This document shows positions 1-8,863 of a stretch of DNA of 64,000 nucleotides, in pieces. The translations under genes and the position numbers were made by a program. Source of the DNA: Methanomassiliicoccales archaeon (GTDB taxonomy: Archaea; Thermoplasmatota; Thermoplasmata; Methanomassiliicoccales; JAAEEP01); contig JAAEEP010000001.1 of NCBI GenBank assembly GCA_013415695.1, forward strand, positions 68,621 through 132,620, read 5' to 3'. The notes under the pieces were generated by a model that searched no databases, was not told the DNA's origin, and saw nothing but the letters and a program-made list of their open reading frames with translations. Each line of letters starts with the position of its first letter. Position 1 is the stretch's first letter.

Positions 1-98
1 TCGATTTCCTCAGGGCCATAAGGTCCTATCAGATGAGGCGACGCAGGTTTGGGAAGTGACCCCGGAATGCGAGCTTGATTATTGAGTGGGTGTGAACG

Positions 99-1823
99 AT
101 GTCCAAGTATGACCTGGTCCTGCTTCATCCTCCAGCGGTTTACGATTTCAGGAAACGATCAATATTCTATGGGCCTGTGAGCGATGTGGTACCCTCAACC
201 CCCATTTTCGAGATGTACCCATTTGGATTTACGACCATGGCCAACCATCTTCATAAGGAGGGGTACAAGGTCAGGATCGCGAACCTGGCTAGCATGATGC
301 TCAACGATCGCAACTTCGATGTCGAGCGGTTCCTCAAGAAAATGGATTCCGAGGCTTTTGGTATTGATCTCCACTGGCTACCTCATGCTCACGGTTCTTT
401 GGAGATAGCAAAGCTTGTAAAGAACCTCCACCCGAACTCCAAAGTGGTGATGGGAGGCTTCTCCTCCACTTATTATTACGAAGAACTTATTCAATATCCC
501 CAAGTGGATTTCATCCTGAGGGGGGACTCCACAGAGATCCCAATCTGCGACCTCATGAACTCGTTGGATAAAGGAGATCCATTGGAGAGGGTTCCCAATC
601 TCTCTTGGAAAGATGATGGTCGAAGCAAGCATAATCCCATGTCCTTTGTTCCGGAGGACTTGGACTACATGGATATTGATTATGGCTGGATGATTAAATC
701 TGTCATTCGATACCGTGACATGGAGGGATTCAAACCCTGGAAGAATTGGGATCAGAACCCATTGACGGTGATCATCCCCGTGAAGGGATGCTCTCTCAAC
801 TGCGTGGAGTGCGGAGGCTCCTGCTACGCCATGCAGAGATTCCTGGGAAGGGACAGACCCGCTTTCAGGAGCCCAGAGAAGGTGGCCGAGGACCTCTACA
901 ACATTCAGTGTTACCTGAAGGCCCCCACATTCATCGTTGGAGACATTAGGATGGCTGGGGACAAATGGGCTGAGAGGCTCCTAGAGGAAGCAAAGCGAAT
1001 CGGGGTGACGAACCACATTGCTTTCGAGCTATTCCGTCCCGCGGGAGAGGAGCTGTTTCGCAAGATGGATAGCTCATTGGAAGGCTACTCCCTTGAGATC
1101 TCTCCTGACTCACATGACGAGAATGTGAGGAAGATGCTGGGAAGGAACTACTCCAATCAGGCCATGGAAGTCACGATCATGAAGGCTTTGGAGAACGGAT
1201 GCGAGCGCTTTGATCTCTTCTTCATGATCGGTTTGCCTGGTCAGGATCCAGACAATGCGATGGCATCATCCGAGTATTGCAGGCATCTCTTCTCAATCGT
1301 GGGCAACGACAGAAGGCTTGTTCCTTACACGGCCCCACTGGCCCCCTTCCTTGACCCAGGGAGCCTCGCATTTGAGAACCCAGACAAGTATGGATATCGA
1401 GTGCTTGCCAGGACGCTAGAGGAACATCGGGTCCTTCTCACCGACCCATCGTGGAAGAGGGTCCTATCATACGAGACCATCTGGATGTCAAGGGATCAAA
1501 TTGCGGAGACATCCTATGACGCTGCAGATCTCCTCAACCAGATCAGGTTCGATTGTGGTCAGATAAACCGCGATGAATTTGAGGGAAGGGCTGAGAGGAC
1601 ATCAAATGCCAGGGACCTCATGGAGAGACTTGACCTCGTTCTCGAGATCAAAGACGGGGATGAAAGGGAGAGCAGACTGTCTCAGCTCAGGGAAGAGGGC
1701 TATGCCCTCATGGAGTCCACTATTTGCCAGAAAAGAGAGCTTGAATGGAGGACGAGGGGAGCCTTCATGAATGCCCCAAGGGTTTTTCTTGGATTGATTC
1801 GTCCCAAGCGCCGCCGTGCCTGA
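99..1823 (+). CDS. B12-binding-domain (class-B-like) radical SAM protein
   Basis: 574-aa ORF. N-terminal Rossmann-type cobalamin-binding-like region (DLVLLHPPAVYDF...GYKVRIANL), then the radical-SAM cluster motif CSLNCVEC (CxxxCxxC). Confidence 0.8.
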   Translation: MSKYDLVLLHPPAVYDFRKRSIFYGPVSDVVPSTPIFEMYPFGFTTMANHLHKEGYKVRIANLASMMLNDRNFDVERFLKKMDSEAFGIDLHWLPHAHGSLEIAKLVKNLHPNSKVVMGGFSSTYYYEELIQYPQVDFILRGDSTEIPICDLMNSLDKGDPLERVPNLSWKDDGRSKHNPMSFVPEDLDYMDIDYGWMIKSVIRYRDMEGFKPWKNWDQNPLTVIIPVKGCSLNCVECGGSCYAMQRFLGRDRPAFRSPEKVAEDLYNIQCYLKAPTFIVGDIRMAGDKWAERLLEEAKRIGVTNHIAFELFRPAGEELFRKMDSSLEGYSLEISPDSHDENVRKMLGRNYSNQAMEVTIMKALENGCERFDLFFMIGLPGQDPDNAMASSEYCRHLFSIVGNDRRLVPYTAPLAPFLDPGSLAFENPDKYGYRVLARTLEEHRVLLTDPSWKRVLSYETIWMSRDQIAETSYDAADLLNQIRFDCGQINRDEFEGRAERTSNARDLMERLDLVLEIKDGDERESRLSQLREEGYALMESTICQKRELEWRTRGAFMNAPRVFLGLIRPKRRRA

Positions 1824-1910
1824 ATTTGGCTGAAAGGTAAGTGGCAAAATATTGTAAGTTGAAAAGATCAGAAATATAGAAAGGAAGGGTTGAGCGGGTA
1901 AAGTCTGTTA

Positions 1911-2732
1911 TCAGCCTTTCTCGCCAAGCTCTTTTGACCGCCTCGCAGCTGCGTCAACAGCTTCCATGAGGGCTCCTCGAACTCCCGCGCTCTCAATGAT
2001 CTGAAGGCCCTCGATGGTCGTGCCCGCTGGAGAGGCAACCATGTCCTTGAGCGCTCCAGGATGCTTCTTGGTATCAAGAACGGATTTCGCTGCTCCAAGA
2101 ACGGTCTGGGCAGCAAGGCTGATCGCTACATCGCGAGGCAAACCTGCCAACACCCCACCGTCTGCTAACGCTTCTATGATGACATATACGAAGGCAGGAC
2201 CACTTCCGCTAAGACCTGTTACCGCATCCAGCAGGTGTTCTGGTAGGCCATATGCGATTCCGTTGGAGTCAAGTATCTCCTGAACGGTCCCAGCATCTTC
2301 CTTTGTGGCATGGGTGCCCAAAGCGTAGCCTGCAGCCGTAGCTCCTACCATCAGGGGTTGGTTGGGCATGACTCTGATTACTCTAACTCCTGGCTTCAGA
2401 CAGGACTCTATGAAATCGATCCTGATGCCCGCGGCTATGGATATGACTAGATGATTCTCATTAAGGTGCGGCCTCAATCCCGCAAGGACCTGCGGGAGAT
2501 ACTGAGGTTTCACCCCCAGGACTATGAGGTCGGCGGACCTTGCCACCAGGATATTGTCTGCTGTGGTCTCCACACCAATGGTCTGCGTGATGTAATCCCT
2601 GCGCTCCGGAATGATCTCTCCGGCAATGATCTCCCCGGGTTCCACTAGGCCACTGTCAATGATGCCCTTCATGAGCGCCTCCGACATGTTGCCGGCCCCG
2701 ATGAAGCCAATCCTCTTTTCCATCTCATACAC
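1911..2732 (-). CDS. proC: pyrroline-5-carboxylate reductase
   Basis: 273 aa. N-terminal NAD(P)-binding [13 protein letters not shown] and a C-terminal ProC dimerisation region ([10 protein letters not shown]). Confidence 0.9.
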   Translation of the reverse strand: MYEMEKRIGFIGAGNMSEALMKGIIDSGLVEPGEIIAGEIIPERRDYITQTIGVETTADNILVARSADLIVLGVKPQYLPQVLAGLRPHLNENHLVISIAAGIRIDFIESCLKPGVRVIRVMPNQPLMVGATAAGYALGTHATKEDAGTVQEILDSNGIAYGLPEHLLDAVTGLSGSGPAFVYVIIEALADGGVLAGLPRDVAISLAAQTVLGAAKSVLDTKKHPGALKDMVASPAGTTIEGLQIIESAGVRGALMEAVDAAARRSKELGEKG

Positions 2733-2833
2733 CCCTATCCAAGGAGGATAGCGACAACGCTACAACAGATGACGTATTTAATACCTGTGAGCTACTCCGT
2801 ACCATCCAGTACTTTGAACTTGCGGGCAGTCAG

Positions 2834-3343
2834 TCACTTCTTGAGAGCCTTGATGATCTCACGCATGAAGGCTGGGAGGTCCGCAGGTGTTCTGGAAGTA
2901 ATTATGTTTCCGTCACAAATGACCTCGGTATCGATGAACCTAGCTCCGGCATTGATCATGTCATCCTTTATGGCCATAACCGCGGTAGCTCTCTTTCCTT
3001 TGAGTATTCCAGCTGAGATGAGAACTGATCCTCCGTGGCATATTGAGGCCACAAGCTTGCCATTGTCGAATAACTTCCTAACGAAGTCATTTACAGCTGG
3101 GTATCTTCGAAGCCTATCTGGTGCCCATCCCCCAGGAACTATCACTCCATCGTACTTATTGGGGTCCACCTCGTCGATGGCGGCGTCCGCCACGACTTCG
3201 TACCCGTGCTTGCTGTAGTACACATCACAATCGACTCCAATGACTGTCACATTGAAGCCTTCTTCCCTGAGGCGAAGAAGCGGGTACCAGAGTTCTAAAT
3301 CCTCGTAGTCGTCCTCCGCAAGTATAGCAATATCCTTGGCCAT
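2834..3343 (-). CDS. pfpI: DJ-1/PfpI family intracellular protease/deglycase
   Basis: An internal ATG at 3343 gives a 169-aa product typical of PfpI. GGGGTGA Shine-Dalgarno lies just upstream. Nucleophile elbow ASICHGG. The track ORF (to 3658) adds 105 low-quality codons. Confidence 0.85.
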   Translation of the reverse strand: MAKDIAILAEDDYEDLELWYPLLRLREEGFNVTVIGVDCDVYYSKHGYEVVADAAIDEVDPNKYDGVIVPGGWAPDRLRRYPAVNDFVRKLFDNGKLVASICHGGSVLISAGILKGKRATAVMAIKDDMINAGARFIDTEVICDGNIITSRTPADLPAFMREIIKALKK

Positions 3344-3741
3344 ACGGTCACCCCGCCTAATATTGTTGGAAAAGGGATATATGCTTTGGTCCAAAGTGAA
3401 GCCCGAACTCGATCCTGATCCAAAACGATCTTCATTGATCGTACAAGAATGGCCTATTAAAAACGAAAGAATCTCACGAATAGCGTAATTAAATAATGGG
3501 ACAATAGAGGTAAACGTCCTTAATCCATGGATTTGCTCCAATTCTTGGCTTCGGAGAGGAAGAGAACCTCCAAAGGTGACGAGGAAAGATACGCCATCAT
3601 TCTTCAGATAAGAGGAAGCGTGGAGCGTATCATATCCAGAAAAGGATGTCTTGGGCAATAGAATGGGTCATAACTCCCAATAATAATGACCTTTTTCCGA
3701 CGAAATAACTCTAAGATTAACCTGAACAAACACCTAGAAGG

Positions 3742-3749
3742 TTTAAATA
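3742..3749 (+). promoter_or_regulatory. TATA box (TTTAAATA) for the nuo operon; leaderless-type spacing
   Basis: AT-rich octamer centred about 27 nt upstream of the nuoA ATG (3772), preceded by a purine-rich BRE-like AGAAGG. There is no SD between the TATA and the ATG. Confidence 0.4.
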
Positions 3750-3771
3750 AAGAGACTTTATTGCCCCTTCG

Positions 3772-4131
3772 ATGCTCGTAGAGGAATATCTCCCATTGGC
3801 GATTTTTGCCCTCATTGCGGTGGTCTTCCCAGCACTCAGTTTTTGGGCATCAAGGTTCTTCAGGCCTACGAAAAAGGGAGCCATGAGGAGCACCACGTAT
3901 GAGTGCGGAGAAGTGCCCATCGGAGAGGCGCAGATCCAGTTTCATGTCCAATTCTACATCTTCGCTATCATCTTCGTTATTTTCGATGTCGTGATCGTAT
4001 TCTTGATGATCTGGGCTCTTGTGTTCTCCGGGCTGCCCGACCTGGCGAAGATCTATATGGCCATCTTCCTTGCGATCCTTCTCGTGGGTGTTGGCTATGC
4101 ACTGAAGAAAGAGAAGGTGATTTGGATATGA
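3772..4131 (+). CDS. nuoA: NADH-quinone/F420H2 dehydrogenase-like complex subunit A
   Basis: 119 aa with 3 TM helices and the conserved TTYECGE motif. Its stop overlaps the nuoB ATG (ATGA). Confidence 0.85.
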   Translation: MLVEEYLPLAIFALIAVVFPALSFWASRFFRPTKKGAMRSTTYECGEVPIGEAQIQFHVQFYIFAIIFVIFDVVIVFLMIWALVFSGLPDLAKIYMAIFLAILLVGVGYALKKEKVIWI

Positions 4132-4685
4132 ACGACAACCCGAACGCTGTTGCAATGAATTCCAAGGACTTCATGGACTGGTCCAACAATGTCATAGATG
4201 ACATACTGAGGGCCACTCAGGCAAAGAAGGCTCTGGACAAGCTCATGCTTCCATTCTGGAACTGGTCCCAGAGGAATTCTATGTACCCACTTCACTTTGG
4301 CCTCGCATGCTGCGCATTGGAGATGGCTGCATCATCAGGTCCAAGATGGGACGCGGAACGTCTCGGTATCATATACAGGTCCTCGCCAAGACAGTGCGAT
4401 GTGCTCCTGCTTAATGGATGGATATCGAAGAAAGTGAGACCGGCACTCCGCAGGCTATACGAGCAGATGCCAGCCCCCAAGTGGGTAATTGCCATGGGTG
4501 AGTGCTCGATCTCTGGTGGACCATGGTACGATTGCTACAATGTGGTTCAGGGAGCGGATACCTTCCTCCCTGTGGATATCTACATACCTGGATGCCCCCC
4601 GAGACCTGAAGCGCTCATCGACGGTTTCCTCAAATTGCAGCAGAAGATTAAGGCAGAGGCAAAAGGGCCGTTCCTAGAGGACTGA
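4128..4685 (+). CDS. nuoB: Nuo/Fpo-like complex subunit B (20 kDa, N2 cluster)
   Basis: In-frame ATG at 4128 inside track ORF 3903-4685. Cluster ligands GLACCALEM, GECSISGG, PGCPPRPE. Confidence 0.9.
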   Translation: MNDNPNAVAMNSKDFMDWSNNVIDDILRATQAKKALDKLMLPFWNWSQRNSMYPLHFGLACCALEMAASSGPRWDAERLGIIYRSSPRQCDVLLLNGWISKKVRPALRRLYEQMPAPKWVIAMGECSISGGPWYDCYNVVQGADTFLPVDIYIPGCPPRPEALIDGFLKLQQKIKAEAKGPFLED

Positions 4686-4694
4686 GGTGATCAC

Positions 4695-5174
4695 TTGGCG
4701 GAGATAACAGCATGCAGTGGAAATTTGACAGGATTAGAGATTGCTGATGCACTGTCCAAGAAGTTCGCGGAGGGTGTCACCATTAATTCCGCTTCTCCCA
4801 GGAGAGTATACTCCCAGGTGAACAAGGAGGTCTTCCTGGAGGTGTGCAAGTTCATGAAGGACGAGCTCCTCTTCGATCATGCCTCCCTGGTTTCAGGAGT
4901 GGACAGAATTGACAGAATTCAGGCAATTTATCATATTACATCTTACATCAATAATTGCTGCCTCATGGAAATCGTGGTGGACCTAGATCATGAGGCCCCC
5001 GAAATTGATTCTGTAACCCCGCTTTGGGAGGGTGCGAATTACCACGAGAGGGAGACCTACGACATGATGGGTATAGTCTTCAAGGGACACCCAGATATGA
5101 GGAGGATCTTCCTCCCCGATGATACCAAATTCTATCCCCAAAGAAAGGACTTCAAGCTGAAGGAGGTGCCCTGA
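4695..5174 (+). CDS. nuoC: Nuo/Fpo-like complex subunit C (30 kDa)
   Basis: 159 aa. TTG start lies just downstream of GAGGTGATC. NuoC-type WEGANYHERETYDMMGIVF. Confidence 0.85.
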   Translation: MAEITACSGNLTGLEIADALSKKFAEGVTINSASPRRVYSQVNKEVFLEVCKFMKDELLFDHASLVSGVDRIDRIQAIYHITSYINNCCLMEIVVDLDHEAPEIDSVTPLWEGANYHERETYDMMGIVFKGHPDMRRIFLPDDTKFYPQRKDFKLKEVP

Positions 5175-5175
5175 A

Positions 5176-6258
5176 ATGGCAGAGATGTGGGTGAACATGG
5201 GTCCACAGCATCCATTCAACCATGGTTTGTGGAACCTCAGGGTCCTGATGGACGGAGAGACGATCAAGTATGCTGAACCCATCCTGGGCTACCTTCACAG
5301 GGGATGGGAGAAGAGTATGGAAAATAGGACTTATCCCCAGATCATACCTCTCTCTGACCGTCTCTGCTATGGTTCGTCCATGTCCTGGAGTCACCTCTAC
5401 TGCATGACCATGGAGGAGCTTTTTGACATCGAGGTTCCTGAAAGAGGGGAGTATATCAGGGTGATAGTCCTCGAGCTCCAGAGGATAGTCTCACATCTTC
5501 TTTGGCTCATGGCCTTCGGCGTGGACCTGGGTAATCTTACCGTGATGCTCTACGTGATAAGAGAGAGGGAGATGTTCCTAGATCTCCTTCAGAGCATCAC
5601 CGGAGCCAGGATGACATACAACTATCCTAGGATAGGTGGCGTGAGGAACGATCTTCCCCCCGATTTCGAGAGGGACTGCATCAGGGCTATGGATTACTTT
5701 CAGGGAAAGATTGACGATTACGAGAAGCTCTGTGACGGGAGCAAGATATTCAGGATGAGAACCGAGGGACTCGGTGTGGTGAAACCAGCCGATGCGATTA
5801 ACCTCGGGCTGACTGGACCCAATCTGAGGGCAAGCAGCGTTGATGTGGACATCAGGAGGGACGATCCCTATTCTGTCTACGAAGAGTTCGACTTCGATGT
5901 CTGTACCCATGATGCCTGCGACACCTATGCCCGTTACCGTGTGAGAATGGACGAGATGAGAGTCTCCTGTGATATCGTAAAACAGGCGTTAGAGAAGATC
6001 CCCGATGGGCCCGTTAGAGTGAAGGTCCCCAAGAACGCACCCAATAAGACAGCGGTGGCGAGGGTCGAGGACCCGCGGGGTGAGGGGATGATGTATGTGG
6101 TGGGCGATGGCACTGACAAACCATACAGGTTGAGCGTGCGCAGCCCGGTCTTCGTGTACGTATCCGCCGCGAACCACATGCTGAAGGGACACAAGATAGC
6201 GGATGTCCCATCGGTCATGGGCTCCATCGACATGTGCCTAGGCGAAACAGACAGGTGA
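5176..6258 (+). CDS. nuoD: Nuo/Fpo-like complex subunit D (49 kDa)
   Basis: 360 aa with GPQHPFNHG and GYLHRGWEK motifs. GGAGGTG SD upstream. Confidence 0.9.
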   Translation: MAEMWVNMGPQHPFNHGLWNLRVLMDGETIKYAEPILGYLHRGWEKSMENRTYPQIIPLSDRLCYGSSMSWSHLYCMTMEELFDIEVPERGEYIRVIVLELQRIVSHLLWLMAFGVDLGNLTVMLYVIREREMFLDLLQSITGARMTYNYPRIGGVRNDLPPDFERDCIRAMDYFQGKIDDYEKLCDGSKIFRMRTEGLGVVKPADAINLGLTGPNLRASSVDVDIRRDDPYSVYEEFDFDVCTHDACDTYARYRVRMDEMRVSCDIVKQALEKIPDGPVRVKVPKNAPNKTAVARVEDPRGEGMMYVVGDGTDKPYRLSVRSPVFVYVSAANHMLKGHKIADVPSVMGSIDMCLGETDR

Positions 6259-6262
6259 TCGC

Positions 6263-7330
6263 ATGGAACTATACACTTTTATAGAAGGCATCGTGGTCTG
6301 GCTGGTTAGCATCGTTCAATACATACTCAATGTGATCGGTCTCCACGGCCTGGCTGACTGGCTCGGCGGTGCGGAGATCGTCAATATATTGACATACCTT
6401 GGCCAGGCTTTGATCGTCTTCCTCGTTGGCTTCGTCATCTGTCTGACAATGATATGGCAAGAAAGGAAGACCCTGGGCAGGCTCATGGATCGGAGGGGGA
6501 CCAGAATCGGTCCCCTTGGCTATGCTCAGCAACTTGCAGATGGATTCAAGACCTTCCTAAAGGAGATCATCGTCCCTGACAAGGCTTGGGTATCTGGTTA
6601 CAACTGGGCCCTCATTATTCTGATCGCCTCTTCGGTTATCTTAGTGGGAATCATACCGCTCAGCGATGGTTGGTTCCTCTCCAGCACCCCTGCGGGACTG
6701 CTGCTTCTGTTTGCGGTATTCAGCCTTGCACCATTCGCCATCCTTATCGGCGGATGGGCGTCGAACAACAAGTACACCCTCATTGGGGGAATGAGATCCG
6801 CCGCTCAACTGATATCATACGAGGTCCCACTCCTGCTGTCCACAGTGGGCGTGATACTTCTCGCCGGGTCTCTCAGCTTCGGCGACATCGTTGCGGCGCA
6901 GGATACCATATGGTTCGTCATCCCCCAGATCATCGGTTTCATTATCTTCATGATCGCCATGAACGCGGAGGTCGAGAGGATACCTTTCGATCTTCCTGAG
7001 GCGGAGGCGGAACTGGTCGAGGGGTGGGGTACGGAGTACGGCGGCCTTAGATTTGGACTAATCATGTTCGCCGAGTATCTCAGGGGATATGCCGGTGCTG
7101 CTATCGCTGCCATCCTTTTCCTTGGCGGCTGGAATGGCCCCTACCTGCCCCCGGAGCTCTGGTTGCTCATTAAGGTATTCATCATATTCTTTGTCTTCAT
7201 CTGGATTAGGGGCTCCTTCCCAAGAGTCAGGACCGATCAGATCCTGAACATTGGATGGAAGTGGCTGATGCCCCTAGCGATGATCAACCTGGCCATCGCT
7301 GTGGCCTTCAAGATGCTGGGGTGGTTCTAA
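6263..7330 (+). CDS. nuoH: Nuo/Fpo-like complex subunit H (ND1)
   Basis: 355-aa polytopic membrane protein with EAEAELVEGWGTEYGG and RGSFPRVRTDQ motifs. Confidence 0.9.
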   Translation: MELYTFIEGIVVWLVSIVQYILNVIGLHGLADWLGGAEIVNILTYLGQALIVFLVGFVICLTMIWQERKTLGRLMDRRGTRIGPLGYAQQLADGFKTFLKEIIVPDKAWVSGYNWALIILIASSVILVGIIPLSDGWFLSSTPAGLLLLFAVFSLAPFAILIGGWASNNKYTLIGGMRSAAQLISYEVPLLLSTVGVILLAGSLSFGDIVAAQDTIWFVIPQIIGFIIFMIAMNAEVERIPFDLPEAEAELVEGWGTEYGGLRFGLIMFAEYLRGYAGAAIAAILFLGGWNGPYLPPELWLLIKVFIIFFVFIWIRGSFPRVRTDQILNIGWKWLMPLAMINLAIAVAFKMLGWF

Positions 7331-8070
7331 TGACAGAGGCAAAGCGATACAAGAGAAGAGAACCGCCGAAGCCTACGGGATATATAACCAAACCTCTGGG
7401 CGTCACTCTGAGACAAACCATCAAATCCACCATAAACAGGCCCAATACAGTCCTGTATCCATGGGAGAAGCTCCAGCTTCCTGACTGCTTCAGAGGGAGA
7501 CCGGGTCTGGTTATCCAGGAGTGTATTGGCTGCGGTATGTGCATGCGTATCTGTCCCAACAAGTGCATCGAGCTTGTTGAGGTCGATGTCCCTGAGAGGG
7601 GCAAGTGTAAACGCCCCCAGGTGGACCTAGGAAGATGCATGATGTGTGGCTACTGTGCAGAGTACTGCCCCACCGATGCAATGATCGTCACTCCAGAATA
7701 CGAGCTAGCTGCTACCAGCCGGAGAGAACTGATACTGGATCCCTTCGAGCTGATCCACGAGCACAAACCCGGCTACGAGGTTCACCGCGTCGAGGTCCTT
7801 CAGTCGGAGGCATCCAAGGGAAAGGACGCCGTGGAGTACCGCTTCATGGACGAGAAAGATGCACCAATACTGGACAATGACGCATGCATAGGTTGCGGTC
7901 GTTGCATGAAAGCTTGCCCCTCCGATTGCATCGAGATGGTCGAGGTGGGCAAGAACGAGAAAGGAAAGCCCATTAAACGGCCGAAATTCGATTTCACCAA
8001 TTGCGTGAGCTGCGAGAACTGCGTGCTCACGTGTCCCAAGGACGCACTCAAGATGAAGGAGGTTGTCTGA
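7330..8070 (+). CDS. nuoI: Nuo/Fpo-like complex subunit I with an extra C-terminal 2x[4Fe-4S] ferredoxin domain
   Basis: ATG at 7330 overlaps the nuoH stop by 1 nt. 246 aa with four CxxCxxCxxxCP motifs: CIGCGMCMRICP, CMMCGYCAEYCP, CIGCGRCMKACP, CVSCENCVLTCP. Confidence 0.85.
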   Translation: MTEAKRYKRREPPKPTGYITKPLGVTLRQTIKSTINRPNTVLYPWEKLQLPDCFRGRPGLVIQECIGCGMCMRICPNKCIELVEVDVPERGKCKRPQVDLGRCMMCGYCAEYCPTDAMIVTPEYELAATSRRELILDPFELIHEHKPGYEVHRVEVLQSEASKGKDAVEYRFMDEKDAPILDNDACIGCGRCMKACPSDCIEMVEVGKNEKGKPIKRPKFDFTNCVSCENCVLTCPKDALKMKEVV

Positions 8071-8337
8071 ATGGACTGGGAACTTCTATTCTTCCTGATA
8101 TTCGCGGCGATCACTATCGCTGCAGCGGTATCCATCATGTTCTCAAAAGACGTGGTCCGCTCTGTAATGTACCTAGCACTGACATTCATCGGGGTTGCGG
8201 TCATATTCTTCTTCCTGGAGGCCGAGTATGTCGCGCTTATCCAGATATTGATCTATGTGGGCGCGGTCACCGTTTTGATACTGTTCGGTATAATGCTGAC
8301 CAAAAGAAGACTGCTGGGTGGTGAGCGCGATGAATAG
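8071..8337 (+). CDS. nuoJ: Nuo/Fpo-like complex subunit J, N-terminal part (J1)
   Basis: 88 aa with 3 TM helices (ALIQILIYVGAVTVLILFGIM). Starts directly after the nuoI stop. Confidence 0.7.
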   Translation: MDWELLFFLIFAAITIAAAVSIMFSKDVVRSVMYLALTFIGVAVIFFFLEAEYVALIQILIYVGAVTVLILFGIMLTKRRLLGGERDE

Positions 8338-8563
8338 GCAACAGTACCTGGCTGGAATGTCGGTCCTGCTGCTTTCTATGCTCATCATAGGCTCTCTGAT
8401 AGTCTCGAGTTGGCCCGCGGGCGAGATAACCAACATCGGATTGGATGCCCTGGGAAAAGGGACGTTCGAGACCTATGGCGTCACATTCCTCGTAGTAGGG
8501 TTGGTCATGTTCACATCCATGCTAGGTGGCGTTTTTCTGGCCAAGGAGGATGATGAAGAATGA
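8330..8563 (+). CDS. nuoJ: Nuo/Fpo-like complex subunit J, C-terminal part (J2)
   Basis: ATG at 8330 (GTG at 8318 or 8321 is also possible) overlaps the J1 stop in another frame. Two TM helices. Its position between J1 and nuoK matches the split nuoJ1/nuoJ2 of other archaea. Confidence 0.55.
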   Translation: MNRQQYLAGMSVLLLSMLIIGSLIVSSWPAGEITNIGLDALGKGTFETYGVTFLVVGLVMFTSMLGGVFLAKEDDEE

Positions 8564-8862
8564 TCCCCATGGAGTATTTCCTGGCCCTAAGCGCCATCCT
8601 GTTCGTCATTGGTGCCTACGGTGTGCTCACCAAGCGTAACGCTATCATCGTTCTCATGAGTATAGAGATCATGCTAAATGCAGCGAACATCAACTTCGTG
8701 ACCTTTTCGTCGTACTTCGACGACGTCGCGGGACAGGTGTTCGCTTTATTCTCGATAGCTGTGGCGGCCGCGGAAGTCGCGGTTGGATTGGCCATCCTTC
8801 TGAACCTGAACAGGGTCAGAGGAACGATCAATCTGGACGAGATACATCTGCTGAGGTGGTGA
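8560..8862 (+). CDS. nuoK: Nuo/Fpo-like complex subunit K (ND4L)
   Basis: 100 aa with 3 TM helices ([13 protein letters not shown]). ATGA overlap with the preceding gene. Confidence 0.85.
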   Translation: MIPMEYFLALSAILFVIGAYGVLTKRNAIIVLMSIEIMLNAANINFVTFSSYFDDVAGQVFALFSIAVAAAEVAVGLAILLNLNRVRGTINLDEIHLLRW

Positions 8863-8863
8863 C

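Noticed and set aside
3344-3658. 105-codon N-terminal extension of the PfpI ORF
   Set aside because: PfpI-family proteins are about 170 aa. An internal ATG with a GGGGTGA SD is present at 3343. The extension is AT-rich, low-complexity sequence lying in the divergent promoter region of the nuo operon.
8318-8337. nuoJ split into two overlapping ORFs in different frames, considered as a frameshift/pseudogene
   Set aside because: Separate nuoJ1/nuoJ2 genes are a known arrangement in archaeal nuo operons. The second ORF has its own ATG (8330) overlapping the first stop in the same coupled style as the other genes of the operon. An indel cannot be fully excluded without reads.
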